Origin: Podarcis pityusensis | Taxonomy: Eukaryota | DNA: 64,000 bases | Assembly: GCA_964106645.2 (NCBI GenBank) | Contig: OZ067041.1 | Direction: 5' to 3' (one strand) | Part shown: one piece after another, positions 28,185 to 39,823 of the stretch | Layout: each line of letters begins with the position of its first letter | How positions within the stretch are numbered: the stretch's first letter is position 1 | Notes under the pieces: generated by a model | Told to the model about the DNA's origin: nothing | Database searches by the model: none | The model's input: only the letters and a program-made list of their open reading frames with translations | Program-made: the position numbers and the translations under genes

Positions 28185-28340
28185 TCAAGCCATGGTTTCT
28201 TTTCTCAGTGTCCGCCTCTGATGACAAGTAAGGATACTTGTGAATGACGACCGCCCTTTAGTTCTTGTCCTTTTCTTTAATTTCTTCTGGTGTTTGAGTG
28301 AAATTCCAAGTTCCTCCATTATGGCATTGAAAGAAAGACA
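28185..28340 (-). CDS. GRIK1: GRIK1 terminal exon, GluK1b type: CLSFNAIMEELGISLKHQKKLKKRTRTKGRSSFTSILTCHQRRTLRKETMA*
   Basis: ctcctaccttctactag|TGT; 51 codons plus TGA; not in the ORF track. Confidence 0.96.
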   Translation of the reverse strand, partial: CLSFNAIMEELGISLKHQKKLKKRTRTKGRSSFTSILTCHQRRTLRKETMA

Positions 28341-31300
28341 CTAGTAGAAGGTAGGAGATGAAAAAATAATTAAGAATTACGTTTAGTACAGATTGTCACC
28401 CTATTTTGCACAATTGATTTTCAACTAGATTCTGAACATACTAACTGGGAAGTTTGAATATCTCAGTTCATTGAGTTAGATTTCTTCCACTATTACTGTG
28501 AATTTGCAGAATTGAATTAGGGGTGCGATGTGTAAAGGATTCTTTATGACCCCAGAAATTGTAAATATTGGTTGCTTCTTTATTGAAATGTGTATGTCCC
28601 AATGGCAGGAATCTGGCTAATTGGCATTACACAGAAATAAGGGTTGCAAAAGAGCAGAATCACATATTTAATAATATCCAACCTCAGATGGAATTCATGT
28701 TGCCCCTTAAAAATCTAAATGAGGATAACCAAGATTTGTTGATTTAGCAGACTTCTAACTTGCATCCAACTGCAAAGCCTTACCAGTTGAAAAAAATAAA
28801 CTATTAATCAGCATACATTTTTATCTAAATAGCATTGAGCCAAAATATTACAAAATCAATACTTTGGAGCAAAATGGTGCTTGTGCTGTGGTGGGTTTCT
28901 GAAAACCCTGAACCATGCGTTTAATTTGTTATTCTGCAGCTGTTTGCAAACTTTGACCCCACAAGAGAAGTGAGCCCCATCAAAGGACTGGAAGAAAGGG
29001 AAGCATCCCCACATTGACTAGGCAACCAGATGAATTTTGCTATTTTCCTTTGCTGTGCTGCAGTGACTCACCAGGTTCAGTTGAGTGCAAGAAAAGAGGG
29101 AAGCAACACAACATTGCCTAGGCAATGCAAGGAAATACCCCTCTCACTCTTGCCACCAGCACAATGAGTGAACTCTCCCACCCTTGAAGTCTCCTCTGAA
29201 TAACTGACAAAGGGAGGCAGCAGTGAAGCTAGGATTGGTACCTCAGCTAAGTACAAATTTTGGGGCTAAACTCATCAAAATCCAAGTTTTGGGATTTTAG
29301 CTAGTTCATTACCATGGACTTCAACAGAACAAAATCAGCTTACACCCAAGTACTTAGTCTTATTTTGGTTGCTCATTAGACTGCCCACCACCTGCTCTAC
29401 CTCATTGTCATTTTGCCCCTTACTGATTTTGTACCAGAAAATGTAGCCAAAATTCTGTCTTTTGTGTTGAACTTTTTTCATGCTTTATTCAGCATGATCA
29501 AAATGCAATAGCAAAAGGCTTTTCCAAAGCTTTATTTTCCTGTTTAAGTTTGTGTCATAAACTGTAGGGAGCAAGTAGGGAGCAAGACCAATGCTTGTTT
29601 TCTTTCTTTCAAAGAGTGACTAGAACTTCTTAGATAAGTTTCATGCTTGAACAGTTTAAACAGGAACGTTTTAAGCAGCAACATATCACTGTAGTGGTGA
29701 GAAGTAACAAAGAAATAGGTTAACAGTAATAAACATTTGTGAGCACCCAGATTATATAGCTAAGTGCCAATACCAGAAGTTGAGTTCTCAAACCCTTGTA
29801 CAATTTTTTTGTTTTTCGTCTCAAGAATTGCAATCAATTGTTCTTTTGTAACAAAGAGACTAAATTGCAAGAAAGAAACTGGAAAGGACTCGAGCTATAA
29901 TTTTCTGAGCCTGTTGAGGTATGTAGGAAGACTTGTAGGCAGCCAACAGGGATTTCATTCTTTCCTTTCCCATATACTACACTGAAATGGGAGTTTGTAG
30001 TTCCTTTGTTTAAAAACAAAGAAGATGATTGTGAAGATTACTATGGTGGAAGTGGTGTTTTTCTTTTAATTCTAGTCTATGTCATGCATGGACAGATGGA
30101 CAACAGAAATTATTGCTTATGGTGAAAAACCACAGCTCATTGAAACGTATCTGAAATCCTCAGAAGCTGCTGCTAGCCAGTGTAAGATATTTCAAAATGT
30201 TTAATTAGCGTTTGCTATTCAGGAAAGGAAGAATTTAAAAATAAATCCAAAAGCTTAGAGCAGGAGTGGCCACTTTTAGGGCCTGCTGATGTTGCTAGAC
30301 TACAACTCCCATAATCTCTGACACTTGGACATGCTGACTGGGCCAACTGAAGGGCCACAAGATATCCATTGTAGAAATTATTCTGGTCATGAGGGAATGG
30401 GGAAAAAATGGAGTACATCTGAAATGCTCTATGCCAGAATTGTAAGGAAAATGGAGATGGAAACGTAGCAAGAGTTTCAGTAATATGCTCAAATAATTTA
30501 AAATTTATCTTAATTGGATAAGTGAGAGTTTCTGTTTTGTTTTAAAAGCAGCCAATGAGCAGTGTCCGTGTCTATAAATAGTCAAAAAGACACATCTGCT
30601 ATAATCTAGGGATCATGAGTTGTATGTGGGAAAAGGCTGTTGTGCATGTGTCAGCAAATGGCTGTGTGGCTCTGGTACCATTTATATTGAAAATCCATGT
30701 AGTATATAGAAATGTGCAAGGGCAAAGTCAGGCTAATGGGCTGCCTGGTCTGGTGCCAGATTGATTACACGGGAGCTGAATGCAAACCCCATGTGCAAGT
30801 TGCATGCCTGTCAGAAATGCATCCAACGTGTCCATTGACTTGTTTTCTTTCCTTTGCCAAGATTCCTTTTTATAACATGGAATTTATAAACAAGATACAA
30901 AGGTAAAGTGAATGCAAGAGAAAACAGTGAGTCATTGATACGCAGCTTGTAGCCATGGTTTAGTTAGCTTACAGAACATGGAAGTCAAGGGGAGTATAGA
31001 AATATAGAAATGTTGATCAATTGGCGATGGCATAAATTGGAAGTAGAATTCATAAAAGTATTGCATTAAATTAAATATTACTCTGCTGCCTTGGAACAAA
31101 CTGAAGGTTACATAAGAGGAGAATAGTGCAATGTTGTGTAAATAAAGGGGGTGAGCATTTAGGACCATAATTTGAAGTAGAAACTGATGACACTGTGTTG
31201 TTCCTAGAATCTTATTTTAAACTAAAAGTTTTATTGATGTCTAAGGTTACAATTCTGATCACAATAACTTTCCACTCAAATCAGTTTAGCTCTGAAGTAG

Positions 31301-32541
31301 AAGCAATGATAACTGGGGTGTAAGTGTGTGAGTGGTTTTGAAGTTGAACAAGTTGCCTTTAGTGGGTTGTGAAATCTTTGTCCTTAGTGGGTTCCCAATA
31401 AGTCCTGGACCTACTGCAAACATTGTCAACTGTGAAAAGTGAAGAATTTTAAGGAGGTGGAGAGAGACAAAATATGAGTGATATTTACTCAAGCAGATGC
31501 ATTGAAAGGAGTGGCTCAAACACAATCATGTCCATTCATTTCAGTGGGTCTACTCTGAGTAAAACTTTGTTGACTACAACTCTACAATATTTACACTGGC
31601 CATAGTACAGATGATAGATGAGATTTCAGTTTTAAAGAATGGGCTCTGTAAACACAGTTCCAGATGCTGGATCAGGGAAGGGAAACAGCTGGTGCAAGCA
31701 GTTTCCCATTCTGAATGCATGGAAGCATGTTTTCACACATGTAATGGCCCCAACTGGATTGAGTTTATTTATTAGTTTGAAAGATAGCATTGCATTTTGA
31801 CCAAAACATTCTCATAATTCTGTTTGGAAAATACAACACACTGAAGCACAAGTAAGGCTAACTAATTGAAGTGATATGAAAATGGACAGTGTTATCAGAT
31901 TATGATGCTATACTAGAGTAATTTGGAAATCGGATTCATTACTGGCTTGTGAAGTCTAGCTATTTTATGACATATAAATACTGCAATTTATTTGGTAAGT
32001 TCTATCAATTGGATTTTAGTTAGAAATATATGCTTTTTTCAAAATTTTGACTTCACAAACACAAAGCTGTCAGCAAAGAATGGAACTGTCTGTATCTGTG
32101 CGGTAGTTCTCAGAAGTCAACAGGCACCTGAAAGCTTATGATTGGATAAGAAAGAACAGCATTGGCTTTTAGTGCAGGTAAAACTTATTATCTAAAATCC
32201 TTGGTTTCAGGTGCTCTAATTAGTTCTGCCAGGATAGAATGCAAACAAATTTATCTTACCTGAAAATGCTGAATCATGCAAAAAGAATGGTAAAAATTTA
32301 TTGACCCCAATCCAAAAACAGATGTAAGCAGCAAGGCACATACTGGTGGAGTGATCCAAGACAACAGACCTTGCAATGTAGATAGGAATTACTGGTAACA
32401 TCCTCATAAAAGAGAATGGATAGGGATGTATGTTTCATTCCACATGGTTAGACAAATGAAAACGTGGGCCTGCTGCAAACCAATGCATTGTGGATAGGGA
32501 TTACATCTGATGTGTAGGAGCCCTTTCCAATGTATCTTGTA

Positions 32542-32750
32542 CAGTGGTACCTTGGGTTACAAACACCTCAGGTTACAAACACTTCGGGAAACAGACTCCA
32601 CTAACCCGGGTTAAGAATTTTACCTCAGGATGAGAACAGAAATTGTGCGGTGTGGCGGCAGCGGGAGGCCCCATTAGATAAAGTGGTACGTCAGGTTAAG
32701 AACGGTTTCGGGCTAAGAACGAATTAAGTTTGTAACCAGAGGTACCACTG
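32542..32750. mobile_element. MITE family A (GRIK1 intron between the d and b exons)
   Basis: Same TIRs and TA flanks. Confidence 0.85.
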
Positions 32751-33405
32751 TATTTTACCAAACAACAGTTATTAATTATAACATTCTGTTACATTGTGAT
32801 GTGGCATTTAGAATGCATTTTTAACTATACCAATCTTCAGGATGACTGGAGAATCATCCAACAGTTTGAACATAAAGCCTTGGTAGAAAAAGCTTAGAAG
32901 TATTTTAGACACTCAAGTGGTAGGTATGCCTAGTAGGATTTTTTTTTAATCTTTGAAAAGCAGCTCCTGATAACATACCACAACCTGCTTTTGAAAGTCC
33001 TCTCACTTTCAAAAGCCATTTGCTATTTGACACGTGGGGCTACTATAAGAAACTCTAGCCCAGAACTGACTTTAACACAGTGAGTAGTATTCAACTGAAT
33101 AGTTGTGCTGGCAGAAGGATTAGCAAGAATAAAGGGGGTTCCCCCCCTTCACTACATTCTACCCTCAAATCTGCTTCAGAGGGTTTTTGGGGAAACCCAG
33201 AAGAGATTTAGAGAGAGGCTGTGGGGAGGAGAGGAAGAGAAAGTTCTATTGCGGAAGAATAAATCCTTGTGCTGACTTAGATTAGTGCTGTGTTGAATAC
33301 AACCCACCACGTTTTTCTTTGGATTCCAGCCAAAATATGGTTTCCTGCTAATGTACATTGTTGAAGAGGTATGCCTTAGGTGCACACACCTTTGCTTTAC
33401 TGTAA

Positions 33406-33555
33406 CTATACAGTATGGATTGAGGGTTGTGTTCGAATCCCTCGTTCCTCCCGAATTAATTTGCCACAGTCTAACTCCGTAGATAAGGTAGTCCCAGAAG
33501 TGGAGTTGGATGGATGCGTTTGCTTGCACTGCAGTCCATAAAAGAAACAAAAGGC
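33406..33555 (-). CDS. GRIK1: GRIK1 alternative terminal exon, GluK1d type: AFCFFYGLQCKQTHPSNSTSGTTLSTELDCGKLIREERGIRTQPSIHTV*
   Basis: Long polypyrimidine tract, then gcgaaaag|GCC; phase 0; 49 codons plus TAG; near-identical to the recalled human GluK1d tail. Confidence 0.92.
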   Translation of the reverse strand, partial: AFCFFYGLQCKQTHPSNSTSGTTLSTELDCGKLIREERGIRTQPSIHTV

Positions 33556-34720
33556 CTTTTCGCATGCAGAAAGGAAAATATGGAAAAAAGAAAAATAAAG
33601 ATAATAATGGTTAAGCAAACCAACAAGAAAGTTTAAAATAAGAATGATACCAAAACTATAGGAAATGGGAAATGAAAACTGTCAAAAATACGAAAAATTA
33701 ATGGCCCCTCCAGACAACCTGTTTATTGAGCATTCATCAATATTTTCTTGCACAAAGCTTATGTGGAGGATTGATTATATATTGTCTTTACTGAGCATTT
33801 ATCCTGATTTGCTTGTAGGGTGTTTGTATGTCTTCCTGTATGTTCATTCCATACTTTTCACTGTATTTCCCTATCTCTTTCCAAACAACAAAAAGTCATT
33901 TAAAAATGGATTTGTTGTGTTAGGGTGAAAGAGCCCTTTAATCCACGCTTCATTAAGCAAACCTAAACTTCCAGTGTGTGCTTGAATTCCTGCCGCAAAA
34001 TAGTGGCAGTCTGGAGGTGCCATAAGTTAACCTTTGAAGATCATGTATATTTGTACTTTAGATTATTAAATGTTCATATTTTCAAGAACCAAGCAATCTG
34101 TATGAATTCTTTACCCTTCACAGTTTTCTTAATTGTTTCACTGAATAATGATAGAAGAGCAGAATAATACCCATATTACCATTTACCAGGGATGCATATG
34201 AGATTTTCTTCTGTGATTTTGGGGTTCTGAGTTACCTGAACTTTTTAAAAGAGCGGCAGTGATGTGTTACCAATCCACCATTTTTCTGGGTTTGATTCTC
34301 TGACTTCTCAAACTTCTGCATATGCAGAGAGTTTGATGTAGTATCCAGCTTGTACTTCCACCACCCCCCAAAATTTCTGCTGACACCATGCAAAAAGGAA
34401 TCTTGATAAGATTAGCTTGTGTACATTGATTAAATCAGGGCACAAAAAAGAATCCTGATGACCATTAACATTTGCACATAATCTTATAATGAAAACAAAG
34501 AAGAAAGTTATGCCAACCTGCATAATGATAATGATAAACAAAATAGGGGCAACTGCTCATCCACCCCTGCTCTTTACAAGTTTCTGCCATACAGTGAGAT
34601 GATTTTACATAAATGATATGTATTATGTCAGAATTCTCTTGTGATGCACAGAATGCTGATCTGTACATAGGAGGAATTTATCAGTTTCACTGAAATGAAT
34701 GCGTTGTTTCTTACTGGCTT

Positions 34721-35081
34721 TAAAGGTAAAGGTAAAGGTACCCCTGCCCATACGGGCCAGTCTTGACAGACTCTAGGGTTGTGCGCCCATCTCACTCAAG
34801 AGGCCGGGGGCCAGCGCTGTCCGGAGACACTTCCGGGTCACGTGGCCAGCGTGACAAAGCCGCATCTGGCGAGCCAGCGCAGCACACGGAAACGCCGTTT
34901 ACCTTCCCGCCAGTAAGCGGTCCCTATTTATCTACTTGCACCCGGGGGTGCTTTTGAACTGCTAGGTTGGCAGGCGCTGGGACCGAGCAATGGGAGCGCA
35001 GCCCGCCGCGGGGATTCGAACCGCCGACCTTTTGATCGGCAAGCCCTAGGCGCTGAGGCTTTTACCCACAGCGCCACCCGC
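34721..35081 (-). mobile_element. Sauria SINE, near full length
   Basis: tRNA-like head (GGGTGGCGCTGTGGGTAAAA...GGTTCGAATCCC) and (ACCTTT)n tail on the minus strand; CpGs retained, so probably young. Confidence 0.9.
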
Positions 35082-36288
35082 TGTAGAAAACAGATGTAAG
35101 ACTGTAGAAAACAGATGCCACCCAGCAAACACTGTTCTTGTGCAGTCCCCAGTCATTTTAACAGGATTTGCATAGAAGCAACTGACCTTTACTGTATTAT
35201 ATAGTTGCTCTAATAACAAAGCAACCATCTATCAGGCAACTTGCCATGCATTATTTGCTAATTTTAAGGTAAAAATGTTCCAAAGGTAGGATTATAAATA
35301 CAGATTTCAAAATAGCAGGCTGATCCTATCCTTAGTGGTTCAGACATGCGGAGCCTCAAGCCACGGTGGCTGCAGCAGCCTCCTGCATTATTCGAGCAGA
35401 GCTGGAAAGCTCTCTGTTGCTGCATAGCAAAGGAAACACCCATGCTATAATCTCAGGATCGGCCACGGCTTTTCCAGAAGTAATGAATTGAAGCCACTCT
35501 GGCAGCTTTTATGATGGGCATGTCAGCAACACCTCTGAACCTCATAGAGACGTTGTAACCTCTCTGTTTGAGGAGCAGGTGCCAAGGCACTGTTCTCTTG
35601 TACTAGTGTTGGGAATTTAGCTCTCGATCATCTGCTTTGGTTTCATTATAGGATTTCCCAAATCAACTGGTACATACATTTCCAGCTGGAAATACAGCAA
35701 GGCTACATCCAGAGCTAGATATTTCTGCCTTATTTCTTTCCAAGCCAGCCTATGCTTGATTTCCGACAATAAAACAACAACTGTGTGCAATATTAACTGT
35801 GCCAAAAAGTTCTGCACAGTTTTGCCAAGTATCAAAAATTGGATGGAGCCCTTGGTACTTCCCTCTCCTCATTAACAAATGTACACAAGGCAGTGCCAGA
35901 AAGTCTGGCAGACTGTTAGTGGAGGAGTCTGACTCATAGAGCCTATTCTAAAGCTGAGATTCTCATGGGAGCTCTTGCACTGAAATGCCAAAGCCTGCAA
36001 AAACCTAACCTGGGTCTTGACCTGCTTCTTAGGTAGGTAGCTTAAGCGCTGCATTCTGCCTTGCAATGAAGCAGTTATGCAGAAAGAGGCCGAGATAGAC
36101 TCTCGGCAAGTACTGTATTGCCAGGTCACAACATAACCTTGACAGCTGCTGCTGGCAAATGACCCTGTATACAAAGATAGTCCTTTGGAATCTCTGGAGA
36201 GGGAGCAGTTTTGGGGTTCAGTCTCCCAATCTCAAACCACACGCAAACACATTTTTGTACCACACAGACTCACTCAAACTCTACCTAC

Positions 36289-36539
36289 CTGTTCGATGTC
36301 ACTGTTTTTCCTCGATTTGTAAATAAATTCTCCAATAGCTACAAACACAGAAAGAACAAGTCCTGCTGCAAGCACTATGAAGATGCCCCCAATGTTCTCC
36401 ACACCAAGGGCACTGGCTTCTTTGCTGTCCTCCTCAGGGCAACCATTGCCTCGCCACCACTTCTCCTTCATCATGTGCAGCTTTCCTTCCTCCTGTAGCT
36501 GGAGAATGGCAATAGTGATTTTGTCTCTGTAAGGAGAGC
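36289..36539 (-). CDS. GRIK1: GRIK1 exon: S2 end and M4, (G)[28 protein letters not shown]...[15 protein letters not shown]
   Basis: ccag|GC TCT ... CAG|gtaggt; 251 nt, phase 1-0. Confidence 0.98.
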
Positions 36540-36643
36540 CTGGGCAGGGTGGGAGGGAAGCAAAACAAGAAGGATTGAATATGACATTCAGGCAAGAGCA
36601 CAGGCAAAAGTAGAGTTATCAGTCTGATCCAGCTCTTTGTATA

Positions 36644-36656
36644 GCAGTAGCAGTAA

Positions 36657-36688
<32 letters not shown>
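36644..36688. repeat. (TAG)n microsatellite
   Basis: Trinucleotide run ~105-150 nt upstream of the M4 exon acceptor. Confidence 0.95.
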
Positions 36689-38681
36689 AGTTGACATTAT
36701 CAAGAGCACTAAAATATACAATGTGCATTCAAGGCATCCAGAACTGGACTTTTTAACAATGTTACTTATGCTGGTTATTCATATTGCTTGTTATACCACA
36801 CAGAATGGGCAATAGTTCTTTTTAATATTTTTGAATCTTGGTGATTTGATCCCATGGCTTAGTAGGACTTTGACCTGAGATCCAATTTTCTGTTCGTTGG
36901 ATAACACTGCTCTTTATCCAAACTGAAAGTAATATTACAGCCAGACACCTGAACCTTTAATTTATCCAGCACTGACCATGCCTCAATCACAGATAAAGTT
37001 CTCAGTGTTAAGAGTTCAATCCTGAAACATGTATATTATTAATGTAGGAAGTACCTTGGAGTTTTGGTTTTCTAACCGTTCCATCTATGTAGAAGAATAT
37101 TTTCCTAATATTTGGACAAAACAAACTTTTCTATCCCTTCCTATAACCAACACCACCTGTTAGTGGCAAGGCTGACAAAGTTGTCAGATGTCTGTAAATC
37201 CTGGAGAAACCTGACTTTCCCATCAGTCATCTTGTGCATTTGTTTTTTGTTGTTGGCAACACTGCAGAGCAACACTGCAGAGCAATAATGCAAGAAAACA
37301 TTTGAGTTTGTTGACTTTGCGAGCATTGTAGCTTATGAAATATTTTAACTTTTTTGTTTGTTTCAATTGTGTGGATGACATTGAAATTATTGATTTCACC
37401 ATAAACACATACATATCTTCCCAAATCTTTCTTCCCAAATCTAAGAAACCTCTTATAACTGCATCCCCCAGCTGTATTTCTGATGCATACGTTCTCCCTA
37501 AGGAGCTACCATCTGTTCTAATTTATTCCTTCATTGTTTTGGGCTTGAAGCATAGAATCTTTATCACTGCCCTGAAATCTTTACAGTGCATCAATCATTA
37601 TCTTGGAACCTTTGCATTTTCTCCTGGGGGCAGTGGTTGACGACTGCTGTCATCAAAGAAATTCAAATACAGTCTGAAACATTAGTCAAAATGCAACAAT
37701 ACTTTACAAATTAAGAGAACTTGGATAAACCTAGTCCTAAAAGCTAATATAGAATCCTAATATTAAAAATCAGCAGCATTAAACTGGAATGATGAACTGA
37801 CACAATTGTTCAAATTTACTGAAATTATTGAAAGTATTTATTAGTCATATTAAGGTTGTAGCTCTACATGCGTGGAGAACATGGCCCAGGGGGCTCCCCT
37901 AGACTTCCAGTATAATTACTCCCTTTCATGCCAAACATGCCATTGTTGTGCTAGGTGTGGTCCAATGTACCCAGATGACTGGGGCCTTGCTGGGCTTTCC
38001 CCAAGAGGCCTTGTGCCTGGCTTTACTCTTGCTTTTTCTGAGAGCAGCCTGCATATTATGAATCTGGAGAAGAATAAGCTGCTAGATGTTACAAGGAGAG
38101 GCCTGCACTTGACATGAAATCTACTCTTTCCTCTACAGGACCAAGGAAACTGAGGAACAATTATCTGGTGAGTGCCAGGCATGTTTTCAAAGTACAGAAG
38201 GGGAAAGGAAAGGGCAACTGTCCCCCTCAAAGTACCCATCTCCATCTATAACTTCTTCTGATGAAAAAGGCCCCAGCCTGGCTGCCCTAGTAGCCCACCT
38301 TGGTGCCTTAAAGAAGGCAAGCACAACCGAGGAAGCAAAAATAGCTGGTAGGGAAATAGGGCAGGAAATGCTAGAAACTACCAGGTCAATGCAATTGATC
38401 TTGCTGCTGTTGAGGCCTGGGTTTTAGTTGAAGCTCTATGGGAGGAAAGTTCCATCAATTTCGAACGCCTCTTTGTTTTTTCTCGTTATTAAATTGAGAA
38501 GAGGATATAAAAGAATATAAAGTAATAGCTTGTGGGGCTTATTTGGATATATTTGTGAAAAACATTGGAACTCTTTCGACCTACCAGAGCTCTTGCAAAG
38601 CAGTGAATGTGTCAGATAAAAAGGATTTTAATTTACCTATCACAGTCTAGCAATCACCACTGATATTCATACACTTCTTAC

Positions 38682-38907
38682 CAATGGGAGTTCCTACGCC
38701 GTAACCTTTGGAATCAATGAGCCCTCCAATCTGGGTGAGATTACAGTTCCTCTGAGTGACGTATTCTATGCTAGTTGATTCCATCAGCAGAGCATAGTCA
38801 GTGGTGAGCACACGCTGGATTCCCTCGTCATTGTTCTTCACCAGCGCTGTCTGCTGCCTGCTGCTCATGAATGCCCACATTTTCTCATAAGTTGATATTT
38901 TGGATTT
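38682..38907 (-). CDS. GRIK1: GRIK1 exon: S2, [33 protein letters not shown]...GYGVGTPI(G)
   Basis: tag|AAA ... ATT G|gtaaga; 226 nt, phase 0-1. Confidence 0.98.
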
Positions 38908-39631
38908 CTAAGAATAGAAGTCACAAGCGTCAGAAATAGGTCCTATTCACACGCTATATATATATTTTTAAACCCTCACATTGCTAGTTGGCATCAGCTC
39001 TAGTTGTTGAGTGTAGGAGAATCTTTTGAGAATTGGGAATCTTTTCCATTCAGATATATTCTGCTGAATGTAGCCTTATGGGTCAGCACTTTTACAAATT
39101 TCCAACAGCTAATATAATGAGCACATGGCTGCTTTTAACACCATTTGTCACAAAATACCATAGAGGCCTGTGGTCTGTTTGTGACCCAGTGAGACCTACA
39201 ATGGAAAACCAATGGACAGTACAGAACAATTACTGCCAGGTGTTCTATAGGAAAAGAGCTGTGCTATTGCTCAGCTGTGATAGAATGTACTGTGTTGTTA
39301 AAAATAGTCCAGTCTGATAAAGACAGTTTGTCAGCTTCAAACAAAAATATAAAGGCAAACTAATAAAAAAGAATTCAGGAACTTAAAAGAGTGCTCAGGA
39401 TAACCAAGGCCCCTGGTCTCCATGATAAAATTGCAGGTGAACGGTTTAATTACTGAATATTCAAAATACAGGTTCAGTTTTTAAATTTATAGAGCCCAAA
39501 ACACAACTGTGTTTTCTTTTATCCATAAAGAACATTATAGTCCCAGCTTTGTTCTTCCATCACTGACTGGGATATGATCTTTTGCTAGTGATATCTGCTA
39601 TTCAAATCAATTATACATCTCTATTTGCCGG

Positions 39632-39823
39632 AAAACACCTGAGGTTTTTTTAAAAAAATACTTAAGAAGTTGAGATTTGCATACAGAATAGGAATATCAC
39701 TTTGGATGATACCAGGATCTTACATGAAAAACACCTTAGTTTTTTTTAAAAAAAATACTTAAGAAGTTGAGATTTGCATACAGAATAGGAATATCACTTT
39801 GGATGATACCAGGATCTTACATG
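39632..39823. repeat. Tandem duplication of ~96 bp
   Basis: 39632-39726 is repeated at 39728-39823; identical except around the T/A homopolymer. Confidence 0.95.

Noticed and set aside
28856-28987. Good-looking acceptor (ccctttcttccag) followed by ~43 open codons in the last intron
   Set aside because: The peptide resembles no GluK1 isoform I know; such ORFs are common by chance.
29392-29454. Minus-strand frame NFGYIFWYKISKGQNDNEVEQ|gtggtg loosely echoes the M4 exon end [15 protein letters not shown]
   Set aside because: No polypyrimidine tract, weak donor and low similarity; cannot support a duplicated exon.
36434-36721. Poly-Tyr ORF (and the poly-CV ORF at 7871-8095)
   Set aside because: Translation artefacts of microsatellites.
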